From NCBI RefSeq assembly GCF_006345805.1, contig NC_043015.1:46252001-46316000 (forward strand): DNA of 64,000 bases. Reading direction: 5' to 3'. This DNA comes from Octopus sinensis (lineage: Eukaryota). The number at the start of each line of letters is the position of its first letter. The first letter of the stretch is position 1. This document shows positions 52,115 to 64,000 of the stretch, in pieces. The translations under genes and the position numbers were made by a program. Below the pieces are notes generated by a model, which had not been told where the DNA came from, ran no database searches, and saw nothing but the letters and a program-made list of their open reading frames with translations.

Positions 52115-53340
52115 CTGTAATAAAGCAAGCAAAAAAAAAAAAAAGAGATTTACAACAGATAAATAAAACTGAATAACACTGACATATGTACTTATATATC
52201 TATTTCTTTGCTACCCAACAAGGGGCTAAACACAGAGGGGACAAACAAGGACAAATAAACGGATTAAGTCAATTAGATCGACCCCAGTGTGTAACTGGTA
52301 CTTAATTTATCGACCCCGAAAGGATGAAAGGCAAAGTCAACCTCGGCGGAATTTGAACTCAGAACGTAACGGCAGACGAAATACGGCTACACATTTCGCC
52401 CGGCGTGCTAACGTTTCTGCCAGCTCGCCGCCTTATATATATATACTTATATATCTTTCGTTGGTTCACACTCACATCCTCCTCCACCACCACCACCACC
52501 ACCACAACCACCAGTCGTTCAAGAATTTGGGCCTGGAGATCACCATTTCCAGCGACTTTGAGGGCCACCTCCCAGTGGTGTCGAGTGTCAATGAAGAGCC
52601 CTCGACTACAACAAGACGACTAAAGTTTTTTTTCTCCAAGGTCTGGGTTCTCCCGCCCCTAAGCCCTAGACCATCACCTAATCACCCTTACCCGTCTTGT
52701 TGCTCAACAACAACAACAACCACCACCACCACCATGGCTAGAAGTGTTTTTCTTCCAAAGTTTGAAACAAACAACATCATTACAAATTATCACATGATGT
52801 CTAGCCAAAAGGACACACGGACACACACTTAAAAGGAATGAGCCTGTGGAGAATGAGGGAATGTTGCTTTTAGTGTGTGTGTGTGGATTGTGAGAGGAGG
52901 TACTTGAGTTGTGCAGGCCTGGTCAGCCATCAGAGAACTCACCCATGATTCGACCCATGGTAAATTGCGACATGGCTATTGTTCACAACAGAGTGGCTGT
53001 GTGGTAAGTAGCTTGCTTACCAACCACATGGTTCCAGGTTCAGTTCCACTGCATGGCACGTTGGGCAAGTGTCTTCTACTATAGCCTCGGGCCAACCAAA
53101 GCCTTGTGAGTGAATTTGGTATATATATATATATATATATGATGGTGTTTTTGGTTTTTGGTGCAGGGAGAAGCACCACTGGTGATATATTTCTGGTAAG
53201 ACAGCTGCAGGAGAAGTACCTAGCCGCTTTGGGAATCAGTGGTGTGGGGGATCTTTTTACCTGAAGTTTTCCCTTTCTCCCCTTCCCCCCCTCTCTCTCT
53301 TACGTGTAAGCACAGATGTCTGAATTTTTGTTATACTCAC

Positions 53341-53402
53341 TCGGAGAGTCAATCTGTCGTGGTTCAAGCTCCACCATTAATAGTTTCGAATCGACGTCGT
53401 TT
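53341..53402 (-). CDS. NHE-like internal exon (62 nt), NDVDSKLLMVELEPRQIDSP
   Basis: Acceptor TTTACCTTTCTCCAG, donor GTGAGT; only one open frame. Confidence 0.8.
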
Positions 53403-53483
53403 CTGGAGAAAGGTAAAAATGTAGAAAGAATAAATAAATAAATAAATAAATATAAGTTTAAAAAAATTCCTGATCAAATACAT

Positions 53484-53516
<33 letters not shown>

Positions 53517-53790
53517 CTGTAAATTAATATGTTACCATTATTCAATAGTCAAGATAAAACTCTGAGTTTCAGATGCCGAGGTGGAATCCACAACACCATC
53601 TCTTCAGTTATCTGGCCATGGTGTTTGTGGATTTCCACTTTGGCACCTGAAACTCAGAGTTTTATCTTGACTATTGAATAATGGTAACATATTAATTTAC
53701 AGATAAATTTCCTCTATTTACATAATATTGAGGTCTCTTTCTTTCTTTCTTTTGTTATCTTACCGTTTTTAAATTAATACCATATATATA
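53517..53790. ncRNA. Second inverted pair of hammerhead family 3 (motif at 53553-53612 on the - strand; right arm lacks CTGANGA)
   Basis: Same sequence and arrangement as 8160-8640. Confidence 0.6.
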
Positions 53791-54159
53791 TATATATTAT
53801 ATATATATATATATATTATGTGTGTGTATATATATACATGTATGTATACATACATACATACAAACATATATATACATATACAATTACATATATATATATA
53901 TATACATATATGCATATACATATGTATATATGGGTGAGCAGACAAACAAAAGAAGGGCATCCAACACATCCATTGGGTGTTACATGTATGGATCAAACTG
54001 TTTGATCCACACACACACACGAAGAATGTTACAATCTACTTGAAACAAATAAGAAAAAAATAACCAAAACAGAGAATAAAACAAATCGATACAGATTCAA
54101 ATTAAAATAACCTCAGAGCAAATTAAATAGTTGATATTTAAATAAACATAGTATTTATG

Positions 54160-54560
54160 GTGCAGGAGTGGCTGTGTGGTAAGTAGCTTGCTTACCAACC
54201 ACATGGTTCCGGGTTCAGTCCCACTGCGTGGCACCTTGGCCAAGTGTCTTCTACTATAGCCTCGGGCCGACCAAAGCCTTGTGAGTGGATTTGGTAGATG
54301 GAAACTGAAAGAAGCCCATCGTATATATGTATATATATATATTTATATACGTATGTGTGTTTGTGTCTGTGTTTGTCCCCCTAGCATTGCTTGACAACCG
54401 ATGCTGATGTGTTTACGTTCCCGTAACTTAGCGGTTCGGTAAAAAGAGCCCGATAGAATAAGTACTGGGCTTACAAAAGAATAAGTCCCGGGGTCGAGTT
54501 GCTCGACTAAAGGCGGTGCTCCAGCATGGCCGTAGTCAAATGACTGAAACAAGTAAAATA
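54160..54560 (+). mobile_element. SINE family A
   Basis: Full-length copy. Confidence 0.9.
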
Positions 54561-54695
54561 GCAAATAGTAAATAGTAGTATCTATATACGTCTGCAATTG
54601 TTTACACCAATGGATTGTTTTAAATCTGGATTAATTTTATTATTTGAATTAGGCCTACAAAATGCTTGTGGATGACGAAGTAAGCAAAGAATTGG

Positions 54696-54742
<47 letters not shown>

Positions 54743-56197
54743 GTTTAACATCCGCTTTCCATGCTAGCATGGGTTGGACGATTTTGACTGAGGGCTCGCG
54801 AACCAGATGTCTGCACCAGGCTCCAATCTTGATCTGGCAGAGTTTCTACAGCTTGATGCCCTTCCTAACGCCAACCACTCCAAGAGTGTAGTGGGTGCTT
54901 TTTACGTGCCACTGGCATGGGGGCCAGTCAGGCAGTACTGGCAACGACCTTGCTCGAATCCTTTTACACATGCCACCGGCACAGGTGCCAGTGAGGTGAC
55001 ATTGGTAACGATCACGCTCAAATGGTGCCCTTTTACGTGCCACTGGCACAGAAGCTAGTTAACTGCTCTGGCAACGATTACACTTGGATGGTGCTCTTGG
55101 CACCCTACTAGCATGGGCACAATTTAATGGAAATATAATCTGATATTTCCATTAAATTGGGAAAATAGATTTAAGTTGTTATGAAGAAAATAATTGGATG
55201 TGATTGTATTTTAATATGCTTTGATTTTATTTTCATTACCTTCCAGTATATATTAACTGGTTTTGATTTTGTTTTAATTTGTTTTGAGATTATTTCAATT
55301 TGCTGGGAAATTATTTTAATTTGTACTTGAAAAGGATATAGGTAAAGCAAGTTCATAGATACATATTAAAAAGTTATGTGAGACATGAAACAGTTGCAAG
55401 AAAAATTTGTCAAGCAGGTATATGTGTGTAGGGGTTAAAGATTTCGTATGAGAAAGAGATATCAAAATGGTATACAGGATAGAGAAAAGTTATGGAAAAA
55501 ATATCAAGCAGTTATGATATGGATATAGAAATAACATTTTATGAAACAGAAACAGAGATAGGATATCAAGGTTCTATGATATAGACACAAAGACAACTAC
55601 TAAAGATATTGAAACATTCAGAAATTATTAAGAAAATATTAAACATACAGGCATATAGATCTATCAGCACAAAATATCTAAAAGTTATGATGGATATGAA
55701 AGAGTTACAGGTAAAGAGAAGGAGAATAAATATATATGTGTTGTTGATAATCTGTTGATTAATAAACAAGTCAGTGCTCACTTGTTTATTTGATAGCCTG
55801 ATGAGTTGGGAATTAAGTAACATATTATGCAACCTTACTAATTGTATTATGTGTAGGTCACAATAAAGATTTCTGCTGAAACAATTGTAACAATACCAAA
55901 TAACCCATTCTGTTTTTATGTATGTGTGTATATATGTACACCAACACACATATACATCAAGAAGAATTTCATTCCTTATATTGGAAGTCTGGGGGTTATA
56001 TATATATATATATATATGCATACATACATATACATGCATACATACATAATATATATGCATACATACATATATATGCATACATACATACATACATAAATAC
56101 ATACATACATATAATACATACATACATATATAACATATATATATATATAATACATATATATATATATATAATTATATATATATAACATATACATATA

Positions 56198-56267
<70 letters not shown>

Positions 56268-56339
56268 CCACACACACACATATATATGCACATATATATA
56301 TATACACACACACATATATATGGTGATATGGTATGATAC

Positions 56340-56359
56340 GATATTCCTGTGATGGAATA
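56340..56359 (-). CDS. Candidate 20-nt NHE-like micro-exon (YSITGI+TC)
   Basis: Strong acceptor TTTCTCATTACTTTTCAG, weak donor GTATCA; supplies the needed phase 0 to 2 change. Confidence 0.3.
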
Positions 56360-56660
56360 CTGAAAAGTAATGAGAAAATAAATGAAACGAGAGGGGACAT
56401 TATGAGTGATAAAGTAGTGAGTTATCAGAAACCGAGTAAGGATTGTTCGAAGATCAGGCAAGTTGGTCACAGCGTGACACATCTGCACCTTTGATTTACA
56501 GAAGCAATCCATCCAACAAGATTCTATATAATGCCTGTCTATCAATTTCACTCACAAGGTTTGTACCTAGGTCGATGTGAGGCTACAAAGAATAACGTTT
56601 ACTCAGTATGCCTCGATGTGGGATTGAACCCGGGACCTTACAATTGTGAAGTGAACATCC

Positions 56661-57100
56661 TATCTTTTCGATCACACTGGCAGTTTTTAAAATTAATTTC
56701 CATGTAACTAAACACTTTTAAACTTCGTATACTGGTAGAATGTGTTTATAAAACATCTTTTTCTCTTGGCTTTATTGAGAAAATTCTATAAGTTTGTAAG
56801 ATATTTGTTGTTTTTTTTCTTCAATTTCTGCAATTTCAACCAATCATTGACGTGTATTGAGGTAAAAAACATTCTGTGCCGTATGAATATGTCCCTCGTT
56901 TAAGAAACAGATTGGGTTTATTTACATTTGTGAAGAAAAAAAAGATACCTTTGCCCCCACCCCTAATCCTAACCCTAACTCTAACTAACCCTAACCATAA
57001 AACAGATTGAAATGCAATAGATCGATACTAGGGTCATAATTACGTGTGACAATTTCATATGACACCGCTAGAAAAAACTGCCGTTCAAACCGAAAAGATC
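56661..57100 (+). mobile_element. Complete GATCTTTTC-TIR non-autonomous element with degenerate (CCCTAA)n
   Basis: Left ATCTTTTCG...GGCAGTTTTT, right AAAAAACTGCCGTTCAAACCGAAAAGATC; telomere-like tract at ~56958-56998. Confidence 0.75.
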
Positions 57101-57826
57101 TGATTAATTAATTAATCAGTCGTAGATATGTTGATATAGATATTGATAAAAATATATATATATAAATGTTTAAGCGCTAATGATATAACCAATTTTACAT
57201 TAACCTGGTGAATCACTCTATACTTTCGACTAGTACAAATTTATGATTCTAGTATAATAATAATAATAATAGTGTTGAGAGGGATTCTTTGGAGTTTGAA
57301 TAATTCACCTCTGGAAACATGGGTGGTTCTTTCAACATCCTTAAACAACCCTTATTCAGGGACCTTTTGAGCGGGATGGGCTACTCAACCTGAAGAAAAT
57401 TCTAACTGGACCCCACCTGCAAGGTCATGTGCTGTTTATCTTGATATGAGATCACCATGTCGCGCACATATGGTTGTGATGCATGTGCCTGGTGTACCTT
57501 TATCAGACGGGTAGTCATGATGGGTATATTGGGCTTCGTATATTTTACCCCAGTGTCACTTTGATGGCATGAACTGCTCTCTCACTCAATAATAATAATA
57601 AGGATAATAATAATAATAAATTTATAGATATAAATAATGATCCTAACTAATCTTGTGAGACCAGTCCATATATTAATTAATTAATTAATTAATTAATTAA
57701 TAAATTTAACTATCCTTATGTGTTGCACGAGATGCCTCAGCATTTTCATGGAATATGGTTTGTTAGGAAATGAGAAACAAGGGAGATAAGAAACAAGACC
57801 ATGCTTAAACAACAGAGTTATCTTGC

Positions 57827-57862
57827 CTGAGCTTTTCTAACGGATCTAACAGCGGAGTAAGG
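57827..57862 (-). CDS. Candidate 36-nt NHE-like exon with a GC donor
   Basis: Acceptor TTATTCCTTGCTTTCAG; CAG/GCAAGA donor; two frames are open. Confidence 0.35.
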
Positions 57863-59041
57863 CTGAAAGCAAGGAATAACATGAACACAATTAGCTTATT
57901 TTAAATATATACCCCGAGGAAACTTACAAACAATTGTTAATGATATTATTGTTGTTGATGATGATGATAATGAAAATGAATATGGCACAAATGATATTGC
58001 TATCGAAAGGACTTCCCGATTTTTAGTTTGCTTTGTGATTTCCCAGGTTGAGGAGAATTTGATGATATTTCCACCCAAATCCTTTCTCTATTCAGAAATA
58101 TTAAATTTCTAAATATCTCATAGAGATATGGGCAATCTTTCGTCTCTAGTAGACCTTTCCGTCGATTTCCGTAAAAAAATTTTTTTTTTTTTACATATGG
58201 GCTTGCGGGAACTTTTGAAGTAATGAGAGCGAAAGAGACTAAGAGAAAGTGATTGTATGACGAGGGAAGTTCTTTTGAAGTTACCGTACATGTGAAGCAT
58301 TGATGTACATGTGTGTGCGTGTGCGCGTGTGTGTGTGTGTTTGATGGGGTGTGGGAGACAGATAGTATGTTGTGTAAGTGAAGTGCTTCTGTTAGTGTGT
58401 GTGAAGAGACAGAGTAATGTGTGAAAGAAAGAGATAACTGAAATTTTTTACTCGGTGTATGTGTATATGTATGTATATTACTTCAAAAGTTTCCGCAAGC
58501 CCATATGTAAAAAAAAAATTTTTTTACGGAAATCAACGGAAAGGTCTACTAGAGACGAAAGATCGCCGAGATATGTACGGTGGTGGAGCGATAGAGTGGT
58601 TGTATACTGTCAACTTAACGTGACAGTCCTGTAAGGGAATTACTTCACCGCTGTTTAACCCCAGGAAGCATCGACGCAACCACTCCTTTCTCTATTGTTT
58701 TACGGAGTAGCTGCTGGAGGGGTAGTTCGTTTGACTACCGTGTTCGCAATGCACACCCTGAAAGCTGTCAATATCTCAAAACTATGAGTTGCCAAGTGGT
58801 GCAATGAGAATATATACTTTGCAATTGTAGATAGCGAAAATCCTCATGGCTAGTTTACGGAAACACCGACAATGATCACACAGAAAGAAGAACCCTTCTC
58901 TTTAGTTCGTGCTTCAGTAGTTGTTACTGTCATTGTTTTTATTTATACAGATCCAGCTATCTCTGTCTGAGCAGAACAATGGCTATAAAAGTAGTCTTAA
59001 CTAAATGCTGTTTTCCGTAAACTCTTGAATTTTTGGCATAC

Positions 59042-59099
59042 CATCGATAACTTTAAGTGTTTCCTTACTGCTTCCGTTAAGCCCCTCAAACTAATCCTG
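59042..59099 (-). CDS. NHE-like internal exon (58 nt), (I)RISLRGLTEAVRKHLKLSM
   Basis: Acceptor TTCCTTAATTTGCAG(CAG), a NAGNAG; donor GTATGC; phase 2 matches the upstream exon. Confidence 0.7.
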
Positions 59100-59326
59100 C
59101 TGCAAATTAAGGAAAACCTTATCAATAAAACAATGAGTTTCTTTATTTTCAGCAGTGAGCAGTTTTATTTCTTCGGTGATGTAAATAACTCGACCCATTG
59201 AAAAGTTATCAATCTTTCACAGGAAATCAGTATACATCTGCTAACAAGATAAATGAATTATTTAAGGCTGACATAATTTATTGGACATTTTAGCTCTTCT
59301 TCTTCTTTTTAATTATTAGATATCTG

Positions 59327-59760
59327 AAGGCGGCGAGCTGGCAGAATCGTTAGCGCGCCGGGCGAAATGCTTGGCGGTATTTCGTCTGTCGTTACGTTCT
59401 GAGTTCAAATTCCGCCGAGGTCGACTTTGCCTTTCATCCTTTCAGGGTCGATAAATTAAGTACCAGTTACGTACTGTAGTCGATGTAATCGACTTAATCC
59501 GTTTGTCTGTTCTTGTTTGTCCTCTCTGTGCTTAGCCCCTTGTGGGTAGTAAAGAAATAGGCATTTCGTCTGCCGCTACGTTCTGAGTTCAAATTCTGCT
59601 GAGGTCGACTTTGCCTTTCATCCTTTCGGGGTCGATAAATAAAGTACCAATTTCGCACTGGGGTTGATGTAATCGACTTAATCCGTTTGTCTGTCCTTGT
59701 TTGTCCTCTCTGTGTTTAGCCCCTTGTGGGTAGTAAAGAAATAGGTATTTCGCCTGCCGC
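59327..59760 (+). mobile_element. SINE B multimer: two units plus the start of a third, 184-bp period
   Basis: TTCGYCTG at 59381, 59565 and 59749. Confidence 0.9.
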
Positions 59761-60214
59761 AACCACAACCATCTTGCTTTTGAAGAGTGCTTCTTTGTTT
59801 CGTCTCTTTCGAATATGACAATGGTTTGAATAAATAATGGTAATACATTATTGCTATTTATAATTATTATCGACAAGATACACCATTTTTCGTTTTTCTT
59901 CCTTTTGAAGCAAATACAAAAAATCTTTACATATAAGCCACACGAATATAGCCAGCTGTTCATCGATAGAAGATATTATTAATTAATGCTCTTTGTATGC
60001 TTCGTAGATGTGCCGTCAGTTTTTGAAACAGGTAAAAAATGCTGCGATATTTAGAAAACACGAGTGTTTTAAATGCACAACACAGGTGTAAGTGCATCTC
60101 TTTGCAGCAAAATACAATGTGTGTCCCATCAAACGATTTTGATAGATTAAAAAAAAATATGATAAAGCATTTAAAGAGCTGGACGTATAAAGTATATATA
60201 TATATATATATTCG

Positions 60215-60405
60215 CCATGATAGATCGCTAGCCACTACACACTCTTTATTTTCTTCCCTTTGTTTCTTTCTGTGTTCCTTTCTGTGGAAGAGCGTAGGCT
60301 CGAAACATTAAAGACTTCTTCACTTCCCGAGCGTTATACTAATACATCTGTTTGTTGTTTACGCCACCTCACTTCGTCTTTTGTTTTTTTTTTGTGAATT
60401 CTCCC

Positions 60406-60438
<33 letters not shown>

Positions 60439-60442
60439 ATAT

Positions 60443-60484
<42 letters not shown>

Positions 60485-60690
60485 ATGTGACCGCGCGTGT
60501 ATCGTTGGCGATTTTTTTTCCCTCGGTCTTCCCTTCCTTGGATCTTTCCTTTTCCTGTGTTTCTGACGAAGAGCTCCGCTCGAAACGTTAAATCCCCCTT
60601 CTTTCTTTCCTTTCCTGCGCGTCCAATAACACTATACTTGTTCCACGTCCCCGCGTTGTTGTGTTTTCCTGTTTGGATTAACTATATATA
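60215..60690 (+). ncRNA. Adjacent hammerhead elements: family 1 (motif 60277-60314) and family 2 (motif 60559-60593), separated by (TA)n
   Basis: CTGTGGA-A-GAGC-GTAG-GCTC-GAAACAT-T-AAAG and GTTT-CTGACGA-A-GAGC-TCC-GCTC-GAAACGT-T-AAAT. Confidence 0.7.
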
Positions 60691-60850
60691 TATATATGCT
60701 CTCAGCTATATACATACATATATACAACATATTAATGCGCGTATATTTATACACTTGAGTTCGATGTATTTCGTAACATCTATAAATAAGTGCTAAAACG
60801 GGAGATATCGAGGAAAAATTTATATATGTAACTATATATATTTTACTTAC

Positions 60851-60910
60851 ATTCCTTCAGACAACGGAATATTTTTGGCACCTCCTAGATATAACTGGTC
60901 AAAATGGTCC
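60851..60910 (-). CDS. NHE-like internal exon (60 nt), (R)DHFDQLYLGGAKNIPLSEG
   Basis: Acceptor TTTATCATTTTAG, donor GTAAGT, phase 2 at both ends. Confidence 0.85.
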
Positions 60911-61095
60911 CTAAAATGATAAATATAAAAAAAAACATTAAACATCATTGGAAAATTATAAATACAAAAGAAAAAATATATTTACAGTTAAAGTAATGCA
61001 ATAATTATGGAAGTTCTCTTTGCGTAACTTTGTTGAATTGCAGCAAATCGTGTTTTTTAATATATGTTTGTATTAGATGTAGGCATAGTTATGTA

Positions 61096-61331
61096 AGGTG
61101 GCGAGCTGGCAGAAACGTTAGCACGCCGGGCGAAATGCTTAGCGGTATTTCGTCTGTCGTTACGTTGTGAGTTCAAATTCCGCCGAGGTCGACTTTGCCT
61201 TTCATCCTTTCGGGGTCGATAAATTAAGTACCAGTTACGCACTGGGGTCAATGTAGTCGACTTAATACCTATGTCTGTCCTTGTTTATCCCCTCTATGTT
61301 TAGCCCCTTGTGGGTAATAAAGAAATAGGTA
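61096..61331 (+). mobile_element. SINE B monomer with TSD ATAGTTATGT
   Basis: Full-length unit. Other monomers at 30530-30770, 46450-46685(-) and 52200-52435(-). Confidence 0.9.
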
Positions 61332-62655
61332 TAGTTATGTGGTTAAGAAGTTTGTTTCGTAATCGCAGAGCGCCCCTACTCCTTGACAGCTGTTGTCGGT
61401 TAAATCCTTAAAATCCTTAAAAATGTTTTAGCCCGAAGGCCGCGGCCATGCTGGGGCACCACCGATTGTTTATGGCCTCTTAGTAGTTCGGCGACAAAAA
61501 AAAAAAAGTGATAGGAAAAGTATCAGACTTCAAAAAAATTGGGGGCGATTTGTTAGAGTATACCCTTTAATGCGGTGTCCCACAGTATGGTCGTAGTCCA
61601 ATGAGTGAAATAAATAAAACAATAACGTCTCATCAGAGGTGTTTAAAACTCGGTGACCCAGTTGCTAGATATTATTAAACCAAGTTTAACACTGTAAACA
61701 GTAAGGGCATTGTATACTTGCCGAACGATATGCTTGCTGGCAATCCTCAGCTAAAATGCTCAAAATTATTTGGAAACCACTGATTTGTGTATTTCTCTCT
61801 CTTATGTCCTTACTTAAATATAAAATCTTTTATTGTTCCTGCACACAACGGTGAAACGTATTCTGGGACCATTTATGATTACAAAACCGAAAAAGCATCA
61901 CTAAAAGGTAAAGAACCTCAACAAGTAAAGTACTTCAACAACCGAGCGGGAGAACATCTGATTAAGTTAAGTTAAGTTAAGTTAATTTTTTGGCTCAAAA
62001 AGCAAAAAGCAAGGCCATGTAGGGGGACATGGAGTTATGTACAGGGAGGGTGTTCATGCAAAGTGTTCAGGCCATTTGTGATCAAGAGAGACTTTGAACC
62101 GAGCGGTCGTCGGCATCTTCACTATCTCGTCCGGCAGTTTATTCCACGGATCCGCAACCCGGACGGAGAAGGCCCCTCTCCTTCGATTGAAATGAAATCG
62201 TCGCAGATAGAGCTTCTCGGAGTGACCCCGCAGCCGACGCTCTGGAGTGAAGAACAGCTCTTTCTACCTGTTTGGTTGCTATTTGTGAGTGGATTTGGTG
62301 GACGGAAACTGAAAGAAGCCCATCGTATATGTATGTGTGTGTGTGCGTGTGTGTGTGTATCTACGTGTGTGTGTGTTTTTGTACTTGTGTTTGTCCCTCG
62401 CTACCGCTTAACAGCTGGTGTCGATGTATTTATGTCCTCCGTAACTTAGCAGTTCGGTAAAAAGAACCCGATAAAATAAGTACCAGGCTTAAAACAAAAC
62501 AACAACAAAAAAAATAATAAAAATAAAAAATAAATTTTGGAGTTGATTTCATTCGACTGAAAATTCTTCAAGGCGGTGCCCCAGCATGGCCGCGGTATGG
62601 TGACTGAAACAAGCAAAAGATAAAAGAGAAAAAAATGGGGAATATTTTTCTGTAC

Positions 62656-62762
62656 CTTAGAGCTACTTTTTCATAAATGGCTTTAATTTCAGCATCAACT
62701 CCAGACGGCTCTCTCTGGAGCCATTTTTTGAGGTATCCTTCATGTACGTAATCAATGATTTC
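62656..62762 (-). CDS. NHE-like internal exon (107 nt), EIIDYVHEGYLKKWLQREPSGVDAEIKAIYEKVAL; the upstream membrane-domain exons lie beyond the window end
   Basis: Acceptor CTTTATCTTTTAG, donor AG/GTACAG. Sequence resembles the proximal cytoplasmic (CHP-binding-like) region of plasma-membrane NHEs, from recalled family motifs. Confidence 0.85.
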
Positions 62763-62900
62763 CTAAAAGATAAAGCCACGTATATCGTTAATTATTTCAT
62801 AGAACAAGAAGTTATGAACATACGAGTAAACAGTAAATATTTTAATAGCATAAATTCTGTCGCACGAAGCAGCATTGAATAAAATATATTCATGTCAAGT

Positions 62901-63320
62901 AAGGGTGGCGAGCTGACAGAAACGTTAGCACGCGGGCCGAAATGCGTAGCCGTATTTTTTCTGCCGTTACGTTCTGAGTTCAAATTCCGCCGAGGTCGAC
63001 TTTGCCTTTCATCCTTTCGGGTCGATAAATTAAATACCAGTTACGCACTGGGGTCGATGTAATCGACTTAATCCCTTTGTCTGTCCTTGTTTGTCCTCTC
63101 TGTGTTTGGCCCCTTTGTGGGTAGTAAAGAAATAGGTATTTCGTCTGCCGTTACGTTCTGAGTTCAAATTCCGCCGAGGTCGACTTTGCCTTTCATCCTT
63201 TCGAGGTCGATAAATTAAGTACCAGTTACGCACTGGGGTCGATGTAATCGACTTAATCCGTTTGTCTGTCCTTGTTTGTCCTCTCTGTGTTTGGCCCCTT
63301 GTAGGTAGTAAAGAAATACT
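62901..63320 (+). mobile_element. SINE B dimer (184-bp period) with a 16-bp TSD TATATTCATGTCAAGT
   Basis: TSD at 62885-62900 and 63321-63336. Confidence 0.9.
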
Positions 63321-63875
63321 TATATTCATGTCAAGTCGTATCAAACACATTCGAATGCATTCAAATGTGACAACTTTATATGATTATATTTCATTTTACA
63401 CTGCTTCGTGTGACACTATTTAATTCTAGCTGGACCAAGCTTTACGCACATCAGAGCAAACATACTGTATATTATTTTAATAAGCATAATTTCGTTCTTA
63501 TCGGGGAGTGAAGGACAGATTTGATGTTCGTAGCTGACGAAGCGTAAAGACGCAGAAATACATGCGTCTGTGATCTAGTGGCGTCATTCACAACTGAAAA
63601 GCTGTTTTCACACATCTCTAGCAGGAATATTTTCTCCCGGGATTATCTTCGCAGTGGAAGGACGTCTCACATCCGAATGCACTCAAATGCGTAAGATATG
63701 ACTTCACATGAAAATGTTTTAATGAGGTTTTAATAAGACGCAGGCGTAGCTGTGTGGTAAGAAGCTTTCTTCCCAAACACATGGTTCCGAGTTTAATCTC
63801 ACTTCTACTATAGCCTTGGGCCGACCAAAGCCTTGCGAATGGATTTGGTAGAGGGAAACTAAAAGAAGCCCACCG

Positions 63876-63907
<32 letters not shown>

Positions 63908-64000
63908 AAATTTACCTTCATTTTTCCGCATTTTAATGCATTTATCGCTCGGTTGATATAAGGGAAGTAACTCTCTAAAAATGCTTATATAGTTATTTCC

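Noticed and set aside
52287-52832. 181-aa ORF with poly-His and poly-Thr
   Set aside because: Built from a SINE B copy, CAC/CAA repeats and a possible PLE RT remnant (FKNLGLEITI); antisense within an NHE intron.
58695-58757. Candidate NHE exon GVHCEHGSQTNYP
   Set aside because: No good donor before the in-frame stop and no phase-compatible solution.
63530-63585. CTGACGA-A-GCGT-AAAG-ACGC-A-GAAA hammerhead-like motif
   Set aside because: Stem II is present but no convincing stem I or III, and only one copy in the window; worth rescanning with a covariance model.

Overview
Eukaryotic, very repeat-rich, AT-rich genomic window. The SINE, LINE and microsatellite content looks like an Octopus (cephalopod) genome; this is inferred from recalled repeat families, not from a database search. 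Two host genes were reconstructed by hand from splice sites and reading-frame phase. (1) On the + strand, a two-coding-exon GT11 alpha-1,2-fucosyltransferase (30193-30485 joined to 32440-33115, 322 aa). (2) On the - strand, the 3' part of a Na+/H+ exchanger (SLC9A/NHE-like), exons from 62762 down to the stop at 49821. Between them lies an orphan CPT2-like exon (46236-46348). The rest is RTE, CR1/L2 and Penelope-like retroelement fragments, several tRNA-derived SINE families, Helitron-like elements, MITEs and large (TA)n and (GAT/GGT)n arrays; most ORFs in the supplied track are translations of these repeats. The most interesting unexplained signals are: (a) six sequence-distinct families of short non-coding elements carrying minimal type I hammerhead ribozyme motifs, three loci arranged as divergent inverted pairs and one family with an A6U core change; (b) tRNA-plus-trailer sequences fused to a covarying LINE-like 3' hairpin tail; (c) recurrent 184-bp head-to-tail SINE multimers inside single target-site duplications; (d) a duplicated 3' splice site plus a GTAAGT-bearing minisatellite in the fucosyltransferase intron; (e) an unclassified element with long inverted repeats capped by telomere-like repeats. 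Coordinates of degenerate repeats are approximate (tens of bp). Some tandem structures could be assembly artefacts.
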